From Auanema rhodensis (lineage: Eukaryota > Animalia > Nematoda): DNA of 64,000 bases. The notes beneath the pieces were generated by a model. That model was not told where the DNA came from, did not search any database, and saw only the letters and a list, made by a program, of their open reading frames with translations. The DNA lies in assembly GCA_964057225.1 (NCBI GenBank), contig OZ059895.1:23064001-23128000 (forward strand), read 5' to 3'. Each line of letters begins with the position of its first letter. Within the stretch, counting starts at the first letter, position 1. Positions 52,143 through 64,000 of this stretch are shown one piece after another. The position numbers were made by a program, and so were the translations under genes.

Positions 52143-55100
52143 TTTTGTGTATTAAGCGTTTCTCAATGTAGTATAGTGCATTCGATGCGGATTTTTAAGC
52201 TGCGTCGATCTGTGTTATCAGATTTGCGCTAGCTTAAAAATGCACCGAGATATCAACTGATATATGTTCACACTTATATCCTCGATTTTCACCCTGAAGA
52301 ATTAATTTTTTCGTTGAATAACAATGTCCATCGTCTTTGCCTTGAAAAAAGGAATCTAAAAACATCTACTTTTTGCTAAATTATTTCAAAATTTTTCGAA
52401 AAAATTTTTGTCAAAATGTTTTTGGAAGCAATGTTGAGTGTACATGGAAACTCAACATACACTAATGCATCATTTTTCAAACGATCATAACTAATTTTTG
52501 TATTAAGCGTTTCTCAATGTAGTATAGTGCATTCGATGCGGATTTTTAAGCTGCGTCGATCTGTGTTATCAGATTTGCGCTAGCTTAAAAATGCACCGAG
52601 ATATCAACTGATATAAGTTCACACTTATATCCTCGATTTTCACCCTGAAGAATTAATTTTTTCGTTGAATAACAATGTCTATCGTCTTTGCCTTGAAAAA
52701 AGGAATCTAAAAGCATCTACTTTTTGCTAAATTATTTTGAAATTTTTCGAAAAAATTTTTGTCAAAATGTTTTTGGAAGCAATGTTGAGTGTACATGGAA
52801 ACTCAACATACACTAATGCATCATTTTTCAAACGATCATAACTAATTTTTGTATTAAGCGTTTCTTAATGTAGTATAGTGCATTCGATGCGGATTTTTAA
52901 GCTGCGTCGATCTGTGTTATCAGATTTGCGCTAGCTTAAAAATGCACCGAGATATCAACTGATATATGTTCACACTTATATCCTCGATTTTCACCCTGAA
53001 GAATTAATTTTTTCGTTGAATAACATCGTCCATCGTCTTTGCCTTGAAAAAAGGAATCTAAAAACATCTACTTTTTGCTAAATTATTCCGAAATTTTTCG
53101 AAAAAATTTTTGTCAAAATGTTTTTGGAAGCAATGTTGAGTGTACATGGAAACTCAACATACACTAATGCATCATTTTTCAAACGATCATAACTAATTTT
53201 TGTATTAAGCGTTTCTCAATGTAGTATAGTGCATTCGATGCGGATTTTTAAGCTGCGTCGATCTGTGTTATCAGATTTGCGCTAGCTTAAAAATGCACCG
53301 AGATATCAACTGATATATGTTCACACTTATATCCTCGATTTTCACCCTGAAGAATTAATTTTTTCGTTGAATAACAATGTCCATCGTCTTTGCCTTGAAA
53401 AAAGGAATCTAAAAACATCTACTTTTTGCTAAATTATTTCGAAATTTTTCGAAAAAATTTTTGTCAAAATGTTTTTGGAAGCAATGTTGAGTGTACATGG
53501 AAACTCAACATACACTAATGCATCATTTTTCAAACGATCATAACTAATTTTTGTATTAAGCGTTTCTCAATGTAGTATAGTGCATTCGATGCGGATTTTT
53601 AAGCTGCATCGATCTGTGTTATCAGATTTGCGCTAGCTTAAAAATGCACCGAGATATCAACTGATATAAGTTCACACTTATATCCTCGATTTTCACCCTG
53701 AAGAATTAATTTTTTCGTTGAATAACAATGTTCATCGTCTTTGCCTTGAAAAAAGGAATCTAAAAACATCTACTTTTTGCTAAATTATTTTGAAATTTTT
53801 CGAAAAAATTTTTGTCAAAATGTTTTTGGAAGCAATGTTGAGTGTACATGGAAACTCAACATACACTAATGCATCATTTTTCAAACGATCATAACTTATT
53901 TTGTGTATTAAGCGTTTCTCAATGTAGTATAGTGCATTCGATGCGGATTTTTAAGCTGCGTCGATCTGTGTTATCAGATTTGCGCTAGCTTAAAAATGCA
54001 CCGAGATATCAACTGATATATGTTCACACTTATATCCTCGATTTTCACCCTGAAGAATTAATTTTTTCGTTGAATAACAATGTCCATCGTCTTTGCCTTG
54101 AAAAAAGGAATCTAAAAACATCTACTTTTTGCTAAATTATTTCAAAATTTTTCGAAAAAATTTTTGTCAAAATGTTTTTGGAAGCAATGTTGAGTGTACA
54201 TGGAAACTCAACATACACTAATGCATCATTTTTCAAACGATCATAACTAATTTTTGTATTAAGCGTTTCTCAATGTAGTATAGTGCATTCGATGCGGATT
54301 TTTAAGCTGCGTCGATCTGTGTTATCAGATTTGCGCTAGCTTAAAAATGCACCGAGATATCAACTGATATAAGTTCACACTTATATCCTCGATTTTCACC
54401 CTGAAGAATTAATTTTTTCGTTGAATAACAATGTCTATCGTCTTTGCCTTGAAAAAAGGAATCTAAAAGCATCTACTTTTTGCTAAATTATTTTGAAATT
54501 TTTCGAAAAAATTTTTGTCAAAATGTTTTTGGAAGCAATGTTGAGTGTACATGGAAACTCAACATACACTAATGCATCATTTTTCAAACGATCATAACTA
54601 ATTTTTGTATTAAGCGTTTCTCAATGTAGTATAGTGCATTCGATGCGGATTTTTAAGCTGCGTCGATCTGTGTTATCAGATTTGCGCTAGCTTAAAAATG
54701 CACCGAGATATCAACTGATATATGTTCACACTTATATCCTCGATTTTCACCCTGAAGAATTAATTTTTTCGTTGAATAACATCGTCCATCGTCTTTGCCT
54801 TGAAAAAAGGAATCTAAAAACATCTACTTTTTGCTAAATTATTCCGAAATTTTTCGAAAAAATTTTTGTCAAAATGTTTTTGGAAGCAATGTTGAGTGTA
54901 CATGGAAACTCAACATACACTAATGCATCATTTTTCAAACGATCATAACTAATTTTTGTATTAAGCGTTTCTCAATGTAGTATAGTGCATTCGATGCGGA
55001 TTTTTAAGCTGCGTCGATCTGTGTTATCAGATTTGCGCTAGCTTAAAAATGCACCGAGATATCAACTGATATATGTTCACACTTATATCCTCGATTTTCA

Positions 55101-58100
55101 CCCTGAAGAATTAATTTTTTCGTTGAATAACAATGTCCATCGTCTTTGCCTTGAAAAAAGGAATCTAAAAACATCTACTTTTTGCTAAATTATTTCGAAA
55201 TTTTTCGAAAAAATTTTTGTCAAAATGTTTTTGGAAGCAATGTTGAGTGTACATGGAAACTCAACATACACTAATGCATCATTTTTCAAACGATCATAAC
55301 TAATTTTTGTATTGAGCGTTTCTCAATGTAGTATAGTGGATTCGATGCAGATTTTTAAGCTGCGTCGATCTGTGTTATCAGATTTGCGCTAGCTTAAAAA
55401 TGCACCGAGATATCAACTGATATATGTTCACACTTATATCCTCGATTTTCACCCTGAAGAATTAATTTTTTCGTTGAATAACAATGTCCATCGTCTTTGC
55501 CTTGAAAAAAGAAATCTAAAAACATCTACTTTTTGCTAAATTATTTTGAAATTTTTCGAAAAAATTTTTGTCAAAATGTTTTTGGAAGCAATGTTGAGTG
55601 TACATGGAAACTCAACATACACTAATGCATCATTTTTCAAACGATCATAACTTATTTTGTGTATTAAGCGTTTCTCAATGTAGTATAGTGCATTCGATGC
55701 GGATTTTTAAGCTGCGTCGATCTGTGTTATCAGATTTGCGCTAGCTTAAAAATGCACCGAGATATCAACTGATATATGTTCACACTTATATCCTCGATTT
55801 TCACCCTGAAGAATTAATTTTTTCGTTGAATAACAATGTCCATCGTCTTTGCCTTGAAAAAAGGAATCTAAAAACATCTACTTTTTGCTAAATTATTTCA
55901 AAATTTTTCGAAAAAATTTTTGTCAAAATGTTTTTGGAAGCAATGTTGAGTGTACATGGAAACTCAACATACACTAATGCATCATTTTTCAAACGATCAT
56001 AACTAATTTTTGTATTAAGCGTTTCTCAATGTAGTATAGTGCATTCGATGCGGATTTTTAAGCTGCGTCGATCTGTGTTATCAGATTTGCGCTAGCTTAA
56101 AAATGCACCGAGATATCAACTGATATAAGTTCACACTTATATCCTCGATTTTCACCCTGAAGAATTAATTTTTTCGTTGAATAACAATGTCTATCGTCTT
56201 TGCCTTGAAAAAAGGAATCTAAAAGCATCTACTTTTTGCTAAATTATTTTGAAATTTTTCGAAAAAATTTTTGTCAAAATGTTTTTGGAAGCAATGTTGA
56301 GTGTACATGGAAACTCAACATACACTAATGCATCATTTTTCAAACGATCATAACTAATTTTTGTATTAAGCGTTTCTCAATGTAGTATAGTGCATTCGAT
56401 GCGGATTTTTAAGCTGCGTCGATCTGTGTTATCAGATTTGCGCTAGCTTAAAAATGCACCGAGATATCAACTGATATATGTTCACACTTATATCCTCGAT
56501 TTTCACCCTGAAGAATTAATTTTTTCGTTGAATAACATCGTCCATCGTCTTTGCCTTGAAAAAAGGAATCTAAAAACATCTACTTTTTGCTAAATTATTC
56601 CGAAATTTTTCGAAAAAATTTTTGTCAAAATGTTTTTGGAAGCAATGTTGAGTGTACATGGAAACTCAACATACACTAATGCATCATTTTTCAAACGATC
56701 ATAACTAATTTTTGTATTAAGCGTTTCTCAATGTAGTATAGTGCATTCGATGCGGATTTTTAAGCTGCGTCGATCTGTGTTATCAGATTTGCGCTAGCTT
56801 AAAAATGCACCGAGATATCAACTGATATATGTTCACACTTATATCCTCGATTTTCACCCTGAAGAATTAATTTTTTCGTTGAATAACAATGTCCATCGTC
56901 TTTGCCTTGAAAAAAGGAATCTAAAAACATCTACTTTTTGCTAAATTATTTCGAAATTTTTCGAAAAAATTTTTGTCAAAATGTTTTTGGAAGCAATGTT
57001 GAGTGTACATGGAAACTCAACATACACTAATGCATCATTTTTCAAACGATCATAACTAATTTTTGTATTGAGCGTTTCTCAATGTAGTATAGTGGATTCG
57101 ATGCAGATTTTTAAGCTGCGTCGATCTGTGTTATCAGATTTGCGCTAGCTTAAAAATGCACCGAGATATCAACTGATATATGTTCACACTTATATCCTCG
57201 ATTTTCACCCTGAAGAATTAATTTTTTCGTTGAATAACAATGTCCATCGTCTTTGCCTTGAAAAAAGAAATCTAAAAACATCTACTTTTTGCTAAATTAT
57301 TTTGAAATTTTTCGAAAAAATTTTTGTCAAAATGTTTTTGGAAGCAATGTTGAGTGTACATGGAAACTCAACATACACTAATGCATCATTTTTCAAACGA
57401 TCATAACTTATTTTGTGTATTAAGCGTTTCTCAATGTAGTATAGTGCATTCGATGCGGATTTTTAAGCTGCGTCGATCTGTGTTATCAGATTTGCGCTAG
57501 CTTAAAAATGCACCGAGATATCAACTGATATATGTTCACACTTATATCCTCGATTTTCACCCTGAAGAATTAATTTTTTCGTTGAATAACAATGTCCATC
57601 GTCTTTGCCTTGAAAAAAGGAATCTAAAAACATCTACTTTTTGCTAAATTATTTCAAAATTTTTCGAAAAAATTTTTGTCAAAATGTTTTTGGAAGCAAT
57701 GTTGAGTGTACATGGAAACTCAACATACACTAATGCATCATTTTTCAAACGATCATAACTAATTTTTGTATTAAGCGTTTCTCAATGTAGTATAGTGCAT
57801 TCGATGCGGATTTTTAAGCTGCGTCGATCTGTGTTATCAGATTTGCGCTAGCTTAAAAATGCACCGAGATATCAACTGATATAAGTTCACACTTATATCC
57901 TCGATTTTCACCCTGAAGAATTAATTTTTTCGTTGAATAACAATGTCTATCGTCTTTGCCTTGAAAAAAGGAATCTAAAAGCATCTACTTTTTGCTAAAT
58001 TATTTTGAAATTTTTCGAAAAAATTTTTGTCAAAATGTTTTTGGAAGCAATGTTGAGTGTACATGGAAACTCAACATACACTAATGCATCATTTTTCAAA

Positions 58101-60572
58101 CGATCATAACTAATTTTTGTATTAAGCGTTTCTCAATGTAGTATAGTGCATTCGATGCGGATTTTTAAGCTGCGTCGATCTGTGTTATCAGATTTGCGCT
58201 AGCTTAAAAATGCACCGAGATATCAACTGATATATGTTCACACTTATATCCTCGATTTTCACCCTGAAGAATTAATTTTTTCGTTGAATAACATCGTCCA
58301 TCGTCTTTGCCTTGAAAAAAGGAATCTAAAAACATCTACTTTTTGCTAAATTATTCCGAAATTTTTCGAAAAAATTTTTGTCAAAATGTTTTTGGAAGCA
58401 ATGTTGAGTGTACATGGAAACTCAACATACACTAATGCATCATTTTTCAAACGATCATAACTAATTTTTGTATTAAGCGTTTCTCAATGTAGTATAGTGC
58501 ATTCGATGCGGATTTTTAAGCTGCATCGATCTGTGTTATCAGATTTGCGCTAGCTTAAAAATGCACCGAGATATCAACTGATATAAGTTCACACTTATAT
58601 CCTCGATTTTCACCCTGAAGAATTAATTTTTTCGTTGAATAACAATGTTCATCGTCTTTGCCTTGAAAAAAGGAATCTAAAAACATCTACTTTTTGCTAA
58701 ATTATTTTGAAATTTTTCGAAAAAATTTTTGTCAAAATGTTTTTGGAAGCAATGTTGAGTGTACATGGAAACTCAACATACACTAATGCATCATTTTTCA
58801 AACGATCATAACTTATTTTGTGTATTAAGCGTTTCTCAATGTAGTATAGTGCATTCGATGCGGATTTTTAAGCTGCGTCGATCTGTGTTATCAGATTTGC
58901 GCTAGCTTAAAAATGCACCGAGATATCAACTGATATATGTTCACACTTATATCCTCGATTTTCACCCTGAAGAATTAATTTTTTCGTTGAATAACAATGT
59001 CCATCGTCTTTGCCTTGAAAAAAGGAATCTAAAAACATCTACTTTTTGCTAAATTATTTCAAAATTTTTCGAAAAAATTTTTGTCAAAATGTTTTTGGAA
59101 GCAATGTTGAGTGTACATGGAAACTCAACATACACTAATGCATCATTTTTCAAACGATCATAACTAATTTTTGTATTAAGCGTTTCTCAATGTAGTATAG
59201 TGCATTCGATGCGGATTTTTAAGCTGCGTCGATCTGTGTTATCAGATTTGCGCTAGCTTAAAAATGCACCGAGATATCAACTGATATAAGTTCACACTTA
59301 TATCCTCGATTTTCACCCTGAAGAATTAATTTTTTTGTTGAATAACAATGTCTATCGTCTTTGCCTTGAAAAAAGGAATCTAAAAGCATCTACTTTTTGC
59401 TAAATTATTTTGAAATTTTTCGAAAAAATTTTTGTCAAAATGTTTTTGGAAGCAATGTTGAGTGTACATGGAAACTCAACATACACTAATGCATCATTTT
59501 TCAAACGATCATAACTAATTTTTGTATTAAGCGTTTCTCAATGTAGTATAGTGCATTCGATGCGGATTTTTAAGCTGCGTCGATCTGTGTTATCAGATTT
59601 GCGCTAGCTTAAAAATGCACCGAGATATCAACTGATATATGTTCACACTTATATCCTCGATTTTCACCCTGAAGAATTAATTTTTTCGTTGAATAACATC
59701 GTCCATCGTCTTTGCCTTGAAAAAAGGAATCTAAAAACATCTACTTTTTGCTAAATTATTCCGAAATTTTTCGAAAAAATTTTTGTCAAAATGTTTTTGG
59801 AAGCAATGTTGAGTGTACATGGAAACTCAACATACACTAATGCATCATTTTTCAAACGATCATAACTAATTTTTGTATTAAGCGTTTCTCAATGTAGTAT
59901 AGTGCATTCGATGCGGATTTTTAAGCTGCGTCGATCTGTGTTATCAGATTTGCGCTAGCTTAAAAATGCACCGAGATATCAACTGATATATGTTCACACT
60001 TATATCCTCGATTTTCACCCTGAAGAATTAATTTTTTCGTTGAATAACAATGTCCATCGTCTTTGCCTTGAAAAAAGGAATCTAAAAACATCTACTTTTT
60101 GCTAAATTATTTCGAAATTTTTCGAAAAAATTTTTGTCAAAATGTTTTTGGAAGCAATGTTGAGTGTACATGGAAACTCAACATACACTAATGCATCATT
60201 TTTCAAACGATCATAACTAATTTTTGTATTGAGCGTTTCTCAATGTAGTATAGTGGATTCGATGCAGATTTTTAAGCTGCGTCGATCTGTGTTATCAGAT
60301 TTGCGCTAGCTTAAAAATGCACCGAGATATCAACTGATATATGTTCACACTTATATCCTCGATTTTCACCCTGAAGAATTAATTTTTTCGTTGAATAACA
60401 ATGTCCATCGTCTTTGCCTTGAAAAAAGAAATCTAAAAACATCTACTTTTTGCTAAATTATTTTGAAATTTTTCGAAAAAATTTTTGTCAAAATGTTTTT
60501 GGAAGCAATGTTGAGTGTACATGGAAACTCAACATACACTAATGCATCATTTTTCAAACGATCATAACTTAT
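52143..60572. repeat. Incipient 5-mer higher-order repeat (~1756 bp period)
   Basis: The insertion marker ACTTATTTTGTGTATT occurs at 52143, 53899, 55655, 57411, 58816 and 60572 (spacings of 5,5,5,4,5 monomers), with a recurring order of monomer types between markers. Confidence 0.85.
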
Positions 60573-63500
60573 TTTGTGTATTAAGCGTTTCTCAATGTAG
60601 TATAGTGCATTCGATGCGGATTTTTAAGCTGCGTCGATCTGTGTTATCAGATTTGCGCTAGCTTAAAAATGCACCGAGATATCAACTGATATAAGTTCAC
60701 ACTTATATCCTCGATTTTCACCCTGAAGAATTAATTTTTTCGTTGAATAACAATGTCTATCGTCTTTGCCTTGAAAAAAGGAATCTAAAAGCATCTACTT
60801 TTTGCTAAATTATTTTGAAATTTTTCGAAAAAATTTTTGTCAAAATGTTTTTGGAAGCAATGTTGAGTGTACATGGAAACTCAACATACACTAATGCATC
60901 ATTTTTCAAACGATCATAACTAATTTTTGTATTAAGCGTTTCTCAATGTAGTATAGTGCATTCGATGCGGATTTTTAAGCTGCGTCGATCTGTGTTATCA
61001 GATTTGCGCTAGCTTAAAAATGCACCGAGATATCAACTGATATATGTTCACACTTATATCCTCGATTTTCACCCTGAAGAATTAATTTTTTCGTTGAATA
61101 ACAATGTCCATCGTCTTTGCCTTGAAAAAAGGAATCTAAAAACATCTACTTTTTGCTAAATTATTTCGAAATTTTTCGAAAAAATTTTTGTCAAAATGTT
61201 TTTGGAAGCAATGTTGAGTGTACATGGAAACTCAACATACACTAATGCATCATTTTTCAAACGATCATAACTAATTTTTGTATTGAGCGTTTCTCAATGT
61301 AGTATAGTGGATTCGATGCAGATTTTTAAGCTGCGTCGATCTGTGTTATCAGATTTGCGCTAGCTTAAAAATGCACCGAGATATCAACTGATATATGTTC
61401 ACACTTATATCCTCGATTTTCACCCTGAAGAATTAATTTTTTCGTTGAATAACAATGTCCATCGTCTTTGCCTTGAAAAAAGAAATCTAAAAACATCTAC
61501 TTTTTGCTAAATTATTTTGAAATTTTTCGAAAAAATTTTTGTCAAAATGTTTTTGGAAGCAATGTTGAGTGTACATGGAAACTCAACATACACTAATGCA
61601 TCATTTTTCAAACGATCATAACTTATTTTGTGTATTAAGCGTTTCTCAATGTAGTATAGTGCATTCGATGCGGATTTTTAAGCTGCGTCGATCTGTGTTA
61701 TCAGATTTGCGCTAGCTTAAAAATGCACCGAGATATCAACTGATATATGTTCACACTTATATCCTCGATTTTCACCCTGAAGAATTAATTTTTTCGTTGA
61801 ATAACAATGTCCATCGTCTTTGCCTTGAAAAAAGGAATCTAAAAACATCTACTTTTTGCTAAATTATTTCAAAATTTTTCGAAAAAATTTTTGTCAAAAT
61901 GTTTTTGGAAGCAATGTTGAGTGTACATGGAAACTCAACATACACTAATGCATCATTTTTCAAACGATCATAACTAATTTTTGTATTAAGCGTTTCTCAA
62001 TGTAGTATAGTGCATTCGATGCGGATTTTTAAGCTGCGTCGATCTGTGTTATCAGATTTGCGCTAGCTTAAAAATGCACCGAGATATCAACTGATATAAG
62101 TTCACACTTATATCCTCGATTTTCACCCTGAAGAATTAATTTTTTCGTTGAATAACAATGTCTATCGTCTTTGCCTTGAAAAAAGGAATCTAAAAGCATC
62201 TACTTTTTGCTAAATTATTTTGAAATTTTTCGAAAAAATTTTTGTCAAAATGTTTTTGGAAGCAATGTTGAGTGTACATGGAAACTCAACATACACTAAT
62301 GCATCATTTTTCAAACGATCATAACTAATTTTTGTATTAAGCGTTTCTCAATGTAGTATAGTGCATTCGATGCGGATTTTTAAGCTGCGTCGATCTGTGT
62401 TATCAGATTTGCGCTAGCTTAAAAATGCACCGAGATATCAACTGATATATGTTCACACTTATATCCTCGATTTTCACCCTGAAGAATTAATTTTTTCGTT
62501 GAATAACAATGTCCATCGTCTTTGCCTTGAAAAAAGGAATCTAAAAACATCTACTTTTTGCTAAATTATTTTGAAATTTTTCGAAAAAATTTTTGTCAAA
62601 ATGTTTTTGGAAGCAATGTTGAGTGTACATGGAAACTCAACATACACTAATGCATCATTTTTCAAACGATCATAACTAATTTTTGTATTAAGCGTTTCTC
62701 AATGTAGTATAGTGCATTCGATGCGGATTTTTAAGCTGCGTCGATCTGTGTTATCAGATTTGCGCTAGCTTAAAAATGCACCGAGATATCAACTGATATA
62801 AGTTCACACTTATATCCTCGATTTTCACCCTGAAGAATTAATTTTTTCGTTGAATAACAATGTCTATCGTCTTTGCCTTGAAAAAAGGAATCTAAAAGCA
62901 TCTACTTTTTGCTAAATTATTTTGAAATTTTTCGAAAAAATTTTTGTCAAAATGTTTTTGGAAGCAATGTTGAGTGTACATGGAAACTCAACATACACTA
63001 ATGCATCATTTTTCAAACGATCATAACTAATTTTTGTATTAAGCGTTTCTCAATGTAGTATAGTGCATTCGATGCGGATTTTTAAGCTGCGTCGATCTGT
63101 GTTATCAGATTTGCGCTAGCTTAAAAATGCACCGAGATATCAACTGATATATGTTCACACTTATATCCTCGATTTTCACCCTGAAGAATTAATTTTTTCG
63201 TTGAATAACATCGTCCATCGTCTTTGCCTTGAAAAAAGGAATCTAAAAACATCTACTTTTTGCTAAATTATTCCGAAATTTTTCGAAAAAATTTTTGTCA
63301 AAATGTTTTTGGAAGCAATGTTGAGTGTACATGGAAACTCAACATACACTAATGCATCATTTTTCAAACGATCATAACTAATTTTTGTATTAAGCGTTTC
63401 TCAATGTAGTATAGTGCATTCGATGCGGATTTTTAAGCTGCATCGATCTGTGTTATCAGATTTGCGCTAGCTTAAAAATGCACCGAGATATCAACTGATA

Positions 63501-64000
63501 TAAGTTCACACTTATATCCTCGATTTTCACCCTGAAGAATTAATTTTTTCGTTGAATAACAATGTTCATCGTCTTTGCCTTGAAAAAAGGAATCTAAAAA
63601 CATCTACTTTTTGCTAAATTATTTTGAAATTTTTCGAAAAAATTTTTGTCAAAATGTTTTTGGAAGCAATGTTGAGTGTACATGGAAACTCAACATACAC
63701 TAATGCATCATTTTTCAAACGATCATAACTTATTTTGTGTATTAAGCGTTTCTCAATGTAGTATAGTGCATTCGATGCGGATTTTTAAGCTGCGTCGATC
63801 TGTGTTATCAGATTTGCGCTAGCTTAAAAATGCACCGAGATATCAACTGATATATGTTCACACTTATATCCTCGATTTTCACCCTGAAGAATTAATTTTT
63901 TCGTTGAATAACAATGTCCATCGTCTTTGCCTTGAAAAAAGGAATCTAAAAACATCTACTTTTTGCTAAATTATTTCAAAATTTTTCGAAAAAATTTTTG

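Larger units (their letters stand above)
1..64000. repeat. Tandem satellite DNA array, ~351-bp monomer, ~182.3 copies, same orientation throughout, continuing past both window edges
   Basis: The motif TAATTTTTTCGTTGAATAAC recurs at 1, 351, 702, 1053, 1403, 1754, ... 14390, 14740, ... 42469, 42821, ... 63893. Spacing is 351 bp, except three 350-bp units (starts 1, 1053, 14390) and thirteen 352-bp units (from 42469 on). This accounts exactly for 182 full units before 63893, leaving no room for inserted non-repeat sequence. Confidence 0.99.

Noticed and set aside
1-64000. CRISPR array or other repeat-spacer system
   Set aside because: There are no unique spacers: the full 351 bp is repeated, and no cas or other genes are present.

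Overview
The whole 64-kb window is one uninterrupted head-to-tail tandem array of an AT-rich ~351-bp monomer: 182 complete copies plus a 108-bp partial copy starting at 63893. Monomer 1 is about 31% GC by hand count. Copies differ from consensus by only a few substitutions, and I saw only three kinds of 1-bp indel. I found no credible gene, RNA gene, transposon insertion, CRISPR spacer or inversion. This looks like eukaryotic satellite DNA, possibly (peri)centromeric or heterochromatic, but I cannot name the family or organism from sequence alone. Two kinds of structure stand out. First, the monomer is largely built from short inverted repeats and A/T tracts. Second, diagnostic variants reveal local 2- to 8-monomer duplications, an emerging 5-mer higher-order repeat (HOR) near 52-60 kb, and three variant domains in which the two outer domains share variants missing from the middle. 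The only ORF in the track comes from a single stop-codon-removing substitution in one copy. I see no evidence for a novel protein-coding system.
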